Positions 36,526 through 52,800 of a DNA stretch of 64,000 nt are shown here, one piece after another. Numbering within the stretch: the first letter of the stretch is position 1; the number at the start of each line of letters is the position of its first letter. This DNA comes from Macrostomum lignano (taxonomy: Eukaryota), in the NCBI GenBank assembly GCA_002269645.1, contig NIVC01001665.1, positions 186,001-250,000 of the forward strand, written 5' to 3'. Both the position numbers and the translations under genes were made by a program. Below the pieces are notes generated by a model, which had not been told where the DNA came from, made no database searches, and saw only the letters and a list, made by a program, of their open reading frames with translations.

Positions 36526-37180
36526 TGTGACTGCAAAAATTTAATTAACGTTTCGTTCCAGTTGTCGGTTCTTTTCTGGAAGGTTTTCTGAATATGGATG
36601 CTTAATGAATGATTGCCTTATTGCATACATATAGTGTGCATGTGATATATGGCTTGAGTCGAGTAATACGGTACTGTATAGATACGTACGTACGTGTATT
36701 CAACCAAAGGCCGCGCTACGAGCTTTATATTGTACTCACTATTATAGGTTGCATTATATTTCTCTGTAAGTTCTACTTTTCTCGTTTTGAGACTCAGACA
36801 GACAGACAGATAGACAGACAGACAGCTGTATGCAAAGAAGTAGACTGTAAGAAAAGCAGACAAATGGGAGCTACGAGTGCAGCGAAGTTCCACTTTGATT
36901 GAGTACAATTTAGCTATCTTACTGGCTATTTTTGAGTTGTTCAGGTGTGTGCGAGTCATGCACTCGTAGTTGGTTGGCTGGCAGTTTCTCTGTGCAGCTG
37001 TTCCTGCTGATCATCCGTGTGTACAATTTAAGTAGGCATAATAAAGTTACATACTTGTTACCTGTATATGTCTGTACAATCGTATAACTCCTATGACCAA
37101 TATGCTTTTTTCCATTTTATTTATTGTTTTAGCTAAAGTATTTCGACTGCGATTTAATTTAGAGAGCAGACAAAGGGCCT

Positions 37181-38088
<908 letters not shown>

Positions 38089-38090
38089 GC

Positions 38091-39559
38091 AGATTAACTA
38101 ACCCGCTGCCACCAGCCCGTGCGTCCTGGCTCACCAAACCGTAGCTTTCGAAATCGGACTCCCGACTAGAAGGGGCTTTGCACTTACCTGCCAACTAGTG
38201 TCATTTTTCTGTCAATCTCGAAGTCATAGCCGATGTTAAGGGACACTGCTGGGACTTGATCGCATTGGCCATGCAGGGACAGAGGGGACTTGTGCAGGGG
38301 ATTCTTGAAGTGGCGATACTATGGGGTAGCTGCATGTACTATTACATTGCTAAATAATAAAGATTCTACTTCTAGCCTTCAACGTGCTAACCAGCCTCTC
38401 GTAGCGCTGGTGATAGACTAACTCGAACTTCAGAGACCGCATGATTCATTACCCGAGCCGCTTGGCGAATCCAGAGTGCACAAAGTACATCTCTAGCGCC
38501 AATTTTGAACTATTGGCAATTTTGCTAATTGATTTGATAGATCGATCGACTGAGAACCGCCTTGCCATTGGTCCACTGTGACTGGCGCCTGCTAATTTAG
38601 TTCCTCACTTGAGCCATCAGCGAAAAAGTAAAAATCAGATAAAAATAACTGTCAGATTCAACCTCACAAAAACACTTCACACTTCAGATTGAATTGAGAT
38701 AATCAGACTACTAACAGTATTTTTTAATTATTTCTGCCTCAAATACAGCACTGGACTGCTAATCACAATAAGCAAACGTGTGCGCCTAATCCAGTTCCTG
38801 AAATAGGGGATGAATAGGGACGCCTACTATCGTGTGTGTTGGGGGGTTGTTAGCGGCTGCGCCGCGTGACTCTGCCAGCTCAACCCTTTGCGTACAAAAT
38901 CAAATGTGCATGGTGCGACTTTAGCCACCATTCTGACTCAGCTCAATAATTCAATAAATATACTGATCGCTATTATTCTCGCCTGCAAGCTTTCGGCAAC
39001 TATCGACTACAACAAGCAGTCTAGCCTCGTTTCACTCACTACAGGGGACAGATAGGGTATCACCTAATTAAGCAAGTCTAGGTAGCCAACCAACCAATAA
39101 AAAACTCAACAAGTAATCCACAGCGACCAAATCGGCTTAGTGCTTCGCAGCTGTAGGGATGGGATGATGTCATCGCGGTCCTGGCAGGTAGTCAGTAGAT
39201 TATGAACTTAACCTCGATGATGTCGACCGGGAAAGACGTCCTTGATGATGAGGGGAGATGTCGCAATCCGGGGATCAAAAAACGACGGTCGAACTAACGC
39301 AACTCAAGAGAATTGAGGTACCGGAGGCCGGGTTCCCTTCCGAGCGGGAAAAAATCAGTGGTTTCAGTATAGGCGCCAACTGGACCGCAGTTTGTTAAAA
39401 TGGAACACCTCGACGCTGATTGGCGGAGCCGATTTGTTAGAACTGACGTCGAATTTTCTGATTGGTGGAGCTAATTGTTACCACAGAGACTCACGTGATC
39501 AAAAGATCCTTTCAGTTCCCCCGGGTCATAAAGATACGCCAGGTGCTAACATAAATCAC
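38091..39559 (-). repeat. Dispersed repeat X, copy 2
   Basis: Homologous to 32045-33243 with extra internal segments; abuts the (GTCT)n array. Confidence 0.85.
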
Positions 39560-40550
39560 TGTTCGACTTTTGCAAATGCTCGCGCTTCTTTGAAGGCGGC
39601 GACAAATACTGGAAGCTCAACATAACTGGAAGCCGATGCACCATATCAATACCTTTAAGATCAGGCAGCATCTTACTGTCCCAATAATCTACAAAAGCGC
39701 AGAGTCGCGTTGAAAGTTTTAGAAAGGCGGCGGCAAACTCAAAAGCTCGATTTCCATGAAGAAATTAACGATTGCTGGAACGATTGGTGACTACCTGATG
39801 GAGCTGATGGGATTCGATGAGATGGGAGAGGGGAATGAAAGAATAGAGGAAATTAAATAAGAAAAGGGATGGAGAAAATGCAATCGCTACTGGCAGTAGT
39901 AGCTATAGTACAGGGGAAGGAGCTCATGTACCATCACATCAGTAGCTATTAATGCTCATCATAAGAAAATTTATACAAGTTTAAAAGAATCCTAAAAGCG
40001 TCTTTAGGAACCATTGCATGCATAGCAATGACATTTGTGTAGCTGTACATTCCATACGTAAAGAGCTGAAATTGCTTCAAAAAGGACAGACAGACGGGAG
40101 CGACGATTCCAGTCAGTCAAGCGGCAATTCGCATAAATGTGCACTTGTTATTTTCACTACAAAACCGGTCATGTGACAATGCAGTACCTTTTATTGTTTT
40201 TTATTCTAAAATAGCGATTACAAACGGTTGCAATATACAAGTAGCTCGGTCGCCGGCGAAGTTCTAAACTGAGATATAAAACATTAACTTTATATAGTGA
40301 CGGCATTACAGTAGCTTTCATGGCTTGATATTAACCAATCACAATTAAAGCCGATCTGTGAGGAAACACCTTAAAGTGAAAGAAGAAAAGATACTTTTTA
40401 ATGATCTACAACTATGAATAAACAATCGAAATAGGTGAAATACGGCATATGAGCCTAATGAAATTTTGTTAGTTATTAGTAAAAAACAAAAAGGTGATTC
40501 ACGATTTGACGAGGAATCAACTGTCGTATAGCAGAGCTACTTTCACTCGA

Positions 40551-41946
40551 TCAAGACGCATTGATGAAATTGTTCTGTTCCAAGAAGTTGCAGATTTTAC
40601 GAACACCGTCAATACAGTTGTCCCGTAGTAAACTGTAAGCGGAGCCGCATCTATCAAGCAGATGTCTTAGCGTCGCGCTGGAGTTCGGAAATTCGGCCTT
40701 CAGCTTGCGAACCAGCTCCCAGTCGTGGATATCCGATTTTTCTATTTTAACCAAGCGACACTCGCCCTTGCGATAGCACTCCGTGGACTTGCCGATGTTA
40801 CTTTCTCTGCTTACTCCTGGATAAAAAATTAAGAGCATAATTGAGCCGCTAATTATATAAGAAATTAGGAATAAAAATATAAATTGCAAAAGGATAATGT
40901 AGATCGTTTCTGCAAATCTAATTTTTAAATCTAGTCTAATCTAACCAATAACATTCCCATAGGTGACCACACGATGGCACCTCCCTCAGTGGCGCCGCCT
41001 CAGTGGCCTCCACTGACAAAAATTCTTGGCTACGCTCTTGCAGTTCTTGCTAGCTAAATTATAAAATTTCCCATCATGTAGACTAGCTACGCTCGTATGT
41101 TTGAATCTGGGGATGAGAAATAACTGGCTTAAAATCCTGATCCCGAAAAGAAAGAAAAACTCGAACAATAAAAGTTAATTGCTAGCGTCGGAGCATCTTT
41201 ACCTTTTTCGATCACGTAGCGCTCTCCGCTCGTAGTCTTGGCTACCGCGGCTTTGTGATCGAATCCACAGCAGCTCGAACTACTGCCGCAGAGTTTGTCA
41301 AGTTGCCGTTTGTAAACTTTTACAGACTTTACTTGAGCGTCAAGATAGAGGTCACTGGTTTGAGTCGGAGTTGGCTCAGCTCGACGAGATGGAATGGAGC
41401 TTTGAATGGCCCGGCCAAAGAAGCCTGGAAATCCATCGTCATCAGAGTCGTCACCGGAATCAGAAGAAGATGCATCAAACTGTAACTGCATCTGCCTGAT
41501 CCCCATGACTTTGTGACGACCTGAAACATTTGTAAGGATAAAAGTTTTGAAAAATATCAACACGCGATTACCCAGAGGAACAGAGGAGTGTAGCTAGCTA
41601 AGTAGCTAACACACGAGAACCAATCCCAAAAGCACAAGGTGAATATCTGTATGCCGATGAGAGTTAAGGCCGCTGTACATAATCTGTGAGCAGCGTGGGT
41701 GCTCGTGCTCAAGGGTCAACAGTGCAAGCCATTACATTTAATTTCTGATTTGTGGCGCTTTTACTGACTGGTTTAAACTGTTTAAATTGACTAAGCACGC
41801 AGCAGTTGGAATTTATAGTTTGCCAATGAAATCTTACCAAGTCCGTAGCATCGGAATGCACCAACAGCTGTAAACGCTTCGACTTTCATGATGCCATTTG
41901 AACATTCAAGCTTCATTGCGCTAAAGTATACAAAGCCACCGCTCAT
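40551..41946 (-). CDS. Uncharacterised ~230-aa protein, paralog B of 35318-36525. Exons 41838-41946, 41203-41520, 40551-40816
   Basis: Same start (MSGGF), same intron positions and phases. Motifs VKVYKRQL...DHKAAVAKTTSGERYVIEKG and GSAYSLLRDNC; frame intact. Confidence 0.75.
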
Positions 41947-42454
41947 TGTGACTGCGAAAATTTTATCTACGTTTCGGCACAAAAAATTTTTGGTTGTTTT
42001 CTGATCAGTTTTTTAATATTGATGCTATTAAATGCTATATACAGTATAAAAATTACCTGAGTCGAGTAATAAGGTACCAAATGACGGCTATACGAGTATT
42101 TTCGACGAAACTCGAATTGTACTCACCATTATTATTGCTCTGTGCATTTCTCTATGCAGTTTGCTTTTCTGGTTTGAGACCAGATTCTAAGAAAATGTTT
42201 ATGTGATGTGCTTTTCTTAGTACAGTGCACGTTTGTCCATAAGAAGTGTTTCTTTCGCTAAATCGCGGCCCAAATAAAGTGAAGTCAAGATAAATAACAA
42301 AACTAGAGTGCAGAAAGTAGAACCACAAGATACGTTCATAACAGCTTAGAAAATGTAACAAATTAGACTATATGTTCCAAATTAGACTAAAAGTTTATAT
42401 AGCAGCGAATTTATGAACCTGACGGTCGCTTTTGACTGTCTGGGCTGACTGTTT

Positions 42455-42768
<314 letters not shown>

Positions 42769-45472
42769 TGCTAACTGTCCTACCGATCTGCATTTCACTG
42801 TACTCAAGAGTTTAAACTTCATTACCAGTTAGACTTCTTTTCATTGTACGAGCCAAAAAAGGACAGACAAGGACAGTATGCAAGTTTGCAAAATAGTCAC
42901 ACTCTTATGATATGCTATGGTCCTTGAACTAAAGTAGTCGCATTACAAAGTTATACAAATCGGGCATCTATTTAAAAGCGGTTGAAATTCTTCACACCTG
43001 TCATAAGTTTTACCTGTCGATTTGCATGTGACCAAACCCGGGCTGCATGAGAATACCTGCTGTACTCTGTCTGGGCTGTGGCGCTGAAAAATACAACCGC
43101 AAGGCCTCGTCCCCTATAGAATTTGTCCACTCTGGATGGTGCGATAGCCGACGACGACGTTGCGGCCAAGATCTCATTATCTAGACAGTAAGCGGGCCTG
43201 GGTTGTTTGACCGTACACGCCAAAGACGTTGGCCGTCACACCTGTGCTCCTGGAACCTAGAGGAGTACATCACCCGGTAAAAGCTTCCATGCACTATTGC
43301 TAACGAGACGGGAATCCCGGTCTAGCTAGCTATACATGTATAGCAGACTGAGGTTCTTGACCCCTACTGTACTACTAGAACTGCAGATTAAGGGACTCAG
43401 CTATGCGAGGCATACAAGGGACAGTGCTGGAAACGAGTACTTTAATTGCATATGGGGAGCTTTAGTTGGTAGGCGACTTTAGGCTACTCCCTCCTAATCC
43501 CCAGGATCCCAATGGTGCAGGGATAATAGAAAACTCCATCTTAATGTCTTTCCCTCCTAGATGGGCTTGCATGATGCAGCAAGGGATGGGGAAGTGCAGG
43601 TTCCAGAACTCTCTCATGGTGCACATCTTACAGGGACTTACTTAGAAATACTGTTGATTATTTGAATGCATTCGGTTTATACTCGGTGATTTTCCGCTCT
43701 GATCCCCAGCTTACATTCCATCCTGCGAGAGACACAATCTCTCTCATACTTCATGATTTCACGGTTCATGGCAAATGAGAAAATAGGCAGACCAAAATTT
43801 CTGGAAATGAACTTGACACTAATAGTCCGGTTAATTATTAAGGTGAGTTGGATTAAAAATGAGTATTAGAAGATGCGGTGAGCTTTTATTTATACCCCTG
43901 AGATCACGCGACACGCGATCATGGGAGCGTGATGCGTGATATTGAAGGCCGTGACGTATCCTCGACCTCCGTTACCAAACAATCCTGATGAAAGTCACGA
44001 TTGCCAGCCGCGCTGTGATTGGACGAGAAATTGGTTTGGGGCGCAGTGGAGAAAAATGATTTATGATGAAGAGCTGCACTACATAACAGGCGAGAAAAAG
44101 TTTGGAGAGATATTATAGGGCCGGTCATAAAACTGTCACACGCATGAATCATTTCGAGCAATAGATGCGAAGTGGGGTTGGGGTGGGCGATAACATGACA
44201 TCATCACATCAGATCACACAGGCGCAACAAGAATCACAGGGAAAGAAAGGGAGGGTGCACACAAAAGTTAGTGAGGAGGCCCACCAGAACGTGATTACAT
44301 ATAACGTAGCTGTTACATGCACGTGTATGCTACTTACACTGGACAGCAGGTCCAACTGTACGTTGTCAAAACAACGTGGCTCAATCAGTCAGCTAGGTTG
44401 CGCTCTGGTTGGCTCTACCCCAGTTGCGTGTTGGTGTGGGCAGACTTGAAATCCCGTGGCCCCGGAGTTTGCCTAACAGAACTTGTCTCTTCTTGGGTCG
44501 ATCTCGCATGAGCTCCGACTGATAGCATATGTAATTGCATTTTATGTACATGCATGTAGGATTAATAAGTTTTGTAGATAATAATTGTCAAGAATATACA
44601 TGCCGTAATTGCGCACATGTACGTCATGATGAAGCGCTATATTTTACTCGTAATTTAAAACGAAGTATTTTTACATACACCGAGTAGTGAGCTGCTAGTT
44701 TGGTGTTAGTCGTCACACTAATGTCAGCAGTTTCCCTCGCCCTTGCCTTCGCCCCGGATTGCTGTCTGCCGTTGGGCAGCCCTCCCCTTTCTCTGCCTGT
44801 TCTCTGTCGCCCCCCTCTTCTCTGCGCTCTTGCTTGCGGCCACGCGGGCATCTCTGCTGTGGCCTCCTCTGCGTTTTGTTTCTGTCCTGATCGGTCACGC
44901 TGGTGGTCTGTTTCCCTAAAAAAGATACATGTACATGTTAGAGATGACTCATGTTTCTAAAAATAGATACTGATCGTCATTCGGCTTCTTCCAAGAAAAA
45001 CAGCAGTATAACTATTTAATTCTGTTGAATGTTTGACTGCCTTAACAACCTCTGCACTTAGCATAATTTTTCACTTTCTTCTTGGCGATTGTCATTCAAT
45101 AATAAAAACTTTATAGCACGTATATCTCCCTCTAGTTATGGAGACAAAAAGTTATACTTCACAAATTGGTTCTGGTTCTGGAACCAGAACAAGCAATATG
45201 AAAAGGCCCATGTCTAGAAGGCGAGGTGACGTCAGTTCTAAAAATAGAACAGAGTCATGAGGTCCAACGCACACTGGCGCAGCCGTGATTCCCTGCCTAG
45301 CTATACATGTAAATACGTGCCCTGTAATACGTGCCATGTAAATACATGTAAATTGGACCCTTGGTTCAGTCAAAATCGGAGTCTAATTTTGTTTGGACCA
45401 GTTTTCCAGTTTTCGTTATTGTTCTCTAAGACTCAAGTCTTCTGTCAGTCCCAGTTGCCCATTCTAGCTATC

Positions 45473-45870
45473 TGTAATTGGCCTGACTAAACTTAGACGC
45501 CCAGGCCTAAAAGGAGCTAATACACAGCTGCCTTCCCAACCACCCACTGAGCCCGGCAGGATCTGCTGACTTGCAGGACACCTTGTTCGTTAACTTGCAA
45601 ATCTGCACGCTGTGCTGAGTTCGTTGACTTGTTTATTTCGTTCAGAACAGTAGCTCACCTCATCGAAGCCCGAGGCCTGAAGGAACTGGTGGCAGCACTA
45701 CCTACGTACGCTACTGAGTTAAGGCTTCCGGTTAAGGAAGATGAGAGCTCAAACCCAAATCACTGTGCCAGACGGCCGAAGAAACACAGGTGCAACATTG
45801 GTGGCAGCGGTGGGATTTTAAGACCTACCAGGCCATCCCGAAAAAGCCAACTGTACTTTCACATGTAGTT
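45473..45870 (+). mobile_element. LTR end plus tRNA-Leu primer-binding site (truncated LTR retroelement)
   Basis: ...GCAACA T TGGTGGCAGCGGTGGGAT (45799-45816) is an 18-nt match to a tRNA-Leu 3' end directly after a CA terminus. The LTR start (TGTAA at 45473) is a guess. Confidence 0.55.
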
Positions 45871-47040
45871 GGTTAATGGTTGGTTGACATGTTTTTGCTT
45901 CTAAATGGTCTTAATGTATATAATGTCGTCAATTCTACCGAAAATTTCTGTAGATAAAAAGTTTTCAAAAGATTTTTATTACATTTTTTATATTTTATCT
46001 AGATGTATGTGTTTATGTGCAAATAAAGTAGACTTAACATCATTATTTATATATGATGCTTTTATCGAAAATGTATCTGTTTAAATGCACTATTGAGGCG
46101 CTAATTCGAAGGTTAATTTCAGATCATGATGGTGTCTTAAGATTTTTTATTTTAAAACTAACGTTCCAGTATTGGGTGCCGGTGCTGGGGGCATTTTAAT
46201 TGTTGTTGCATACTAGTTATTATTTGTTGCTGGCTGTTGGTTTCATTAGGCCTATCTAGGAAAGTAACATTGATATTTAACTTCTTCGACCGAAACAAAT
46301 ATCGCCTTTAATTATTAAAATAATTGCAGACCATGCTTGCTTTGACAACAGACTGTCACACTGTCAAATAATTAAATAACTTCAATCGCAATTTGAATCC
46401 ATCATTCAATTTATCATGCTACGCTAGTTTTTTTAAAATAAACTTTTTTTTGTTTAGTTTTTTAAAATACCTTTTGCATTTTTTTTCCTTACTAATTAGT
46501 ATTTTGGTGGATTTTTATTAGGGTGCTGGTAAACTTGTCAACTTTTTTTCGTCAACTGGCTTAGCTGTAAATTCGTCAACTGTTAAATTCATCAACTGGT
46601 AAATTTGTCAAATGGTAGGGCCTAAATTCATCAACTGGTAAATTCATCAGCATAGTAGGCCTACAGTATGTTCAGCTGTCTCAGTGCACAGATAAAACAG
46701 ATTCATAAAAGCAATGAGCCAAGCTGTGTCATTGTAATGCTGGTTTTTAGGCACAGGACATGACAATTGTCAATTGTGATAATGCCTGCCTTTACTGTTG
46801 CCAGATCAGTAAATCATCTATCGCCAGAATTTTTTCTAGATTGACTGGACAAGAGACAACAGTGCATTGCGGCATCTAGCAGTCTGCCATGTAAAACATG
46901 ATCAAATATGATAAAATTAAAAACAATGAAACCAAGAATCTTCTATCTTAACCTAGTTAGCCTAGAAGATTGCAATTAATTGTTAGGCCTATAGGATCCT
47001 AATCCTAATCAATTTTAATTTTATTAGTTTTTTTTAGAGA

Positions 47041-47389
47041 CAGGGGGTTGTATGCACCCTGGCGCACTTTAAGCGACATAGGCACACAACCAGCGAGAGG
47101 CATTACTGCCCATTCCGCCAACTCCCCTGAGCAGGCATACAGGCACGCGGATATGTACACAAGCACACTCACATAGGAGTAGGCCTATATAGCGGCCCTA
47201 ACTTTATATTATTGTTAGGCATATGCACTTCACTGCGCCTTGGGGGGTTGGCTCTCAAGGCCGTTAATTGCACAAGCAGAGCCAAGCTGAGATTCCAATT
47301 CAGCCCCAAATTAATGTGACTGCACTTGGAATTGAGCCTGGGTCGCTGGCACACCAGAGTAGCTACGCTACCGCTAGGCTATGGCCCCC
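47041..47389 (-). mobile_element. tRNA-derived SINE, copy 1
   Basis: The head on minus, GGGGGCCATAGCCTAGCGGTAG...GGCTCAATTCC, has an A box and a variant B box. The body is homologous to 61990-62300, and an A-rich tail follows. Confidence 0.7.
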
Positions 47390-49812
47390 TGATTTTTTAT
47401 CAGTTTTGATAAATTTAATGTGTTAACAAAAATATTACTTAGGCTAGGCCTAATTACCTGTATGCCCAACCTTAAAATTTCACCTAGATTTGCAACTTAG
47501 TTACTCCTAATTGCGACTTAGTTCTTCTTGATTGCAATTTAGTTCTCCCAAATGTGACTTAATTTTCACTTTGTATATGACTATTATTTCTTTTTGCCTC
47601 TCCTCTTTCCTCTCTCTCTCTCTCCTTTTCCTTTTCTCTTCCTTTTTTTCTCCCATTTTTTTTGTTTTTTTTTGCATTTTTGATCTTGCAACTTACCTTG
47701 GCTGGTGGCCATTTTACCTATCTAGTTAGACAGGTCAGATGGGTGTTGGGCATGTATGCTTAATTAACTTTTTATGCATGTATAAATTAAAACCTTATTG
47801 CTTTTGCTTCTGTTTGCATCTACTATACACTTTATTATACTGTATATCAGTTAGACACTATACAAACCTTGGTAAACTCATCAACACAGTTGACAAGTTT
47901 ACCCAGATCTGATTTTTGTATTATCTAACTAACTAGGTCTAGTCTCATTTTTCATTGATAATCTGGAAACTAATTCAGAGTGGGAATCTGAATTTTGCTG
48001 GCCTAGGCTAGGCCATAGCTGTAAAGGACTAGGTGTAGGCCTAGCTATTTTCTATTTTTAGTCTGGATCAAACTGAGTTGAGTGCATGCCAGAATACTTC
48101 AAACTAATGCACACAAATGCCAAGCCGATGTATGCCAACACTAATCACAGTTGCAACAATAAAGGACTTTTTTAGCAGTTTTTAATTTCTATAAAAAACT
48201 TTAATAATTTTAAACTAATTTAATGGTATGTTTATATATGTTTATATATATATATATATGTTTATATATATATGAATGTATTTACTAAAAAGTGTATATT
48301 TCTAATAATTTCTAAATATATATCTTATTATTCGGTTGGGGAGAAAGTTCCCGCAGTTTCTAGAACTTTCTGGAACATTCCAGAGCCTAGATATATATAT
48401 ATATTTATAGTTTTATATATTAATATAAAACCCTAGAATAAATTGACATACACAACTATAATAGCATAAAAAAGCATTTCATTCTACTAAAGTTTAAAGA
48501 AATACAATCACTTCAAATTTAGAATTATCAAACCATTACAATAATATCTAGGTCTATCACCAAAAGGATCTTTTTCTTGTCACCAAAACAATTGTCACTG
48601 AAATTACTATGATTTAACCCTAGTGCCTATATGTACTATTAAATAAAATAAAATATGGTATTCAACCTATTAATAGATTTAGGCTATTTAGACAACTAAA
48701 GTTTTTATTCCAGCTATAAAATGATTTTTAAGGAGACTATGCAGATAAATTGCATATGGTCATAGTCAAAAGGTGGCTAGAAATTATTCTAGATAGTATT
48801 ATGTGTATCAGAGTAAATTCCCCTTATTTTTTATACTGTGACATTTTTCTTTTGCCATTTATTGAAGATTTTTTCATAGCCTAAAAACAAAGTTAAAGAC
48901 AAATTGTTTATCAATTTCTGGTCAAATTTTTTCTTAGCCTCAGTTTTAATTCAAACTTTGAGTAGTCTTCTATGTTAATAATAAAATTAATAATTGTTAT
49001 AATTGTTATAAAACCAAACCTAAATGAAATACAACAAATGAATAAAATGATTAAAAATCCTATTCTTATCATTGAAGAAATAAATTTGTGTCATGCACAT
49101 AATTGTTAACCATGTGCTATTTTAGTATAACTAGTCTAAAATAGAGTTTTTCAATCTATGTTATTATTCTTTATATAGAAAAATAGGGAAAGCTTTAGGC
49201 CTAGCTCTTATTAAAAAACACATATTAGAAAATCTTTTAAGTAAGATTAAACAATATTTTTTTGACTGAAAAAAATATAGTAACTTTACTACTATTAAGG
49301 AAAAATAATAAATAATAATTCATTATTATAAAGTAGGTATCAAATATAAGTAATATTTGACAATTATAGTATTACATTTTGCCATCTTTTATAGACAAAG
49401 CTTAAAAGATACAAGTTCAAGCATAAAATGTTATTATAAAATTTAGAGCCAATGGTATAAATTATTTTTGTTTTTAATATTATTCTAATATTCAAAATTA
49501 TGCCTGCCATATAAGGTAAGATATTTAAAAAAAGTTGGCCAAATATGATCATAGTATGGTAAATCATGGGTAAAATATATTGCAAGTCATAAATCTAAAA
49601 TATGGACTTTTGTAATTTTTTACTACTTAGCCTATTTTCTAATGTAAAGTGCTTTTTACACAAAAATTAGCTACGCTTAGCTAAGATTTTTAAAAATATA
49701 GTTAAAAATATTAATGATAACCTTTAAAATCTTATTGAAATCCATACATCAGAATGAAAAATAAACATACTATATCCTTTTATAAATTTTCTTGCCAAAA
49801 ATATTGCTGCAC

Positions 49813-52800
49813 ATGGATAGCAACGACAATTCAACAGAATTAGTTGCCAATAATAACAGTGAGAGCATGAAGAAGTGCGATGCCACTGATATTGACACAA
49901 CTATCAGTGCGATAATTGATGATGACGATAATAGCATCGGGAACAAGGACAACAGATCGGAATTAGTCAGTGAAAAGGGTGGCAGCCAAGGTGGCTGTAA
50001 TAGCTATAAAGCCAACAATGACAGGCACACAGCTGCTCCTAATGATGAAGGAGGAGATGAGGATTACGATTCCGATGTGGCCAGAGATCTATTAGAAACA
50101 TTCGGAGGCCCTGATGGCGACGAGAACGACATGATGGCGGCTGACTCTGGCGCCGCTTCCAGCTCTAACCGTAGCGCTGGTAGGCGGCCATTGTCAGCTG
50201 ACCAGTGCAGCATCTGCCGTCAGCAGCTCACTGAACCAGTGCTGCTGGCCTGTCTGCACAGATTCGATTTGGCCTGTCTGCGCAGCTCATCGGCCGGCTC
50301 AGGCGGCGATGACTTTCTGTTAATCTGTCCAACTTGTAGTACGCCTACAGTGCTTAATCCTCGTTCTGGCCTGGCCGGATTAACTAAGGATTATCTGTAT
50401 CTGCACGAGCTTGAAGCGGCCAGGTATAATGACTTAAATGCCAACATTTCTACCCGCATCTTTTACACTGTTGACCTCTGACTCACATAAGCTGAATTTA
50501 GTTTGAAAATTCCCATTATATGTACGCGTTGTTGCCAATGAAGTTTCTTTAAAATTGTCCAAAATTGAATTATCTACCCTAAAAAATCGCCCAAAAATCA
50601 ACCAGAAATTGCCTTAAAAATTAGTCATAAACTTCCTTAAATATCGGCCATAAACTGCCTTGAATATTGGCCATAAACTGCCCTAAATATCGGCCATAAA
50701 CTGCCCTAAATATCGGCCATAAACTGCCCTAAATATCGGCCATAAACTGCCCTAAATATCGGCCATAAACTGCCTTAAATATCGGCCATAAACCGCCCTA
50801 AATATCGACCATAAATTGCCTTAAAAATCAAGCATAAACTGCCATAAACTGCCTTGAATATTGGCCTTAACTGCCTTAAATATTGGCCATAAACTGCCTT
50901 GAATATTGGCCATAAACTGCCTTAAATATTGGCCATAAACTGCCTTAAATATTGGCCATAAACTGCCTTGAATATTGGCCATAAACTGCCTTAAATATTG
51001 GCCATAAACTGCCTTAAATATCAGCCATAAATTGCCTCAAATATCAGCCATAAACTGCCTTAAATATCAGCCATAAACCACCTTAAATATCGGCCATAAA
51101 CCGCCTTAAAAATTGCTTTAAAATGCCAAACTGCATTAAGCATCTTTCACAAACCGCCCTAAAATCCCCCATAAACTGTCCCGACAATTGCTCAAATTCA
51201 TAGAACTATTGAATAATAAATGCTTGCTCAGATCGGTGGAGTCAGCAGACCCGTCTACGGCAGCCGCGGCCGCTGCCGCCGCCTCCAGCAGTCAGAAGCG
51301 AGTGAAATGCGGCGGCTGCACCACCGGAGCCGAAGCCGTTGCCAAGTGCACCGAGTGCGCCGATTTCCTGTGCGGCTCCTGCCGCGCCGCCCACTCGGTG
51401 ATGAAAATGTTTAGCAAGCATCACGTTGAAGAGATTACGCCGGAAGATTTAGAAACTGACACGCCGTTGCAGTTGCAGAAGCCAATCTTTTGCTTCGATC
51501 ATCCGCAGGTAAAGTATTGCAATTTTACTACTTAAAGTAGGCTTTATTATGAGTGTGCTTATTATTTCTATTTTATTCCTTTCATTTTTTCCAGGAGCAG
51601 CTGAAGTACTATTGTCAAGACTGCGGCACCCTGCACTGTCCCGAGTGCGTCGCCATGGATCACAAGCAGCACGTTGTTGACAAAGTTGCTGATGCATTTC
51701 CTCAAGTGAGATGAAATACAATGTACACTCGCGCCAACCCATAGTCCGCCCCAGCCCCCAATGTACACTCATGTAAACCAGAACACTGCCTGAATATACT
51801 CACGAAAACATAAACCCTGCCCGAAGGTACACTCGCTCTAACCCACAGCCTGCCCCAATGTACACTCGCTCTAACCCACAGCCTGCCCCAATGTACACTC
51901 AGGCTAACCCACAGCCTGCCCCAATGTACACTCAGGTTAACCCACAGCCTGTCCCAATGTATACTCACGATAACCCACAGCCTGCCCCAATGTACACTCA
52001 CGCTAACCCACAGCCTGCCCCAATGTACACTCACGCTAACCCAGCCTGCCCCAATGTATACTCACGGTAACCCAGACTGTCTGCCCCATTGTACCGGTAA
52101 ACTCACTAACCCAGAGACTGCCCCAATGTACACTCACTGTCATAAACCAGAGAGAGAGAAAGAGAGAAGAGAGAAACAAAACACGCTGTCATACGCTCAC
52201 CTGCCCCATTGTACTCTCACGCTATCCTAAACCCTGCCCCAATGTACACTCACGCTGTCATAAACCCTGTCCCAGTGTACACTCACGCTATTCTAAACAC
52301 TGCCCCAATGTACACTCACGTTAACCCATAGCCTGTCCCAATGTACACTCACGCTATCATAAACCCTGCCCCAGTGTACACTCACGCTATTCTAAACACT
52401 GCCCCAATGTACACTCACGTTAACCCATAGCCTGTCCCAATGTACACTCACGCTATCATAAACCCTGCCCCAGTGTACACTCACGCTATTCTAAACACTG
52501 CCCCAATGTACACTCACGTTAACCCATAGCCTGTCCCAATGTACACTCACGCTGTCCTAAACCCTGCCCCAGTGTACACTCACGCTATTCTAAACACTGC
52601 CCCAATGTACACTCACGTTAACCCATAGCCTGTCCCAATGTACACTCACGCTATCATAAACCCTGCCCCAGTGTACACTCACGCTATTCTAAACACTGCC
52701 CCAATGTACACTCACGTTAACCCATAGCCTGTCCCAATGTACACTCCCGCTATCCTAAACCCTGCCCCAATGTACACTCCCGCTATCCTAAACCCTGCCC

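Noticed and set aside
43800-44960. TATA/CCAAT-like motifs and short ORFs suggesting an LTR or gene
   Set aside because: No paired ends, PBS, second copy or recognisable protein motif could be supported.
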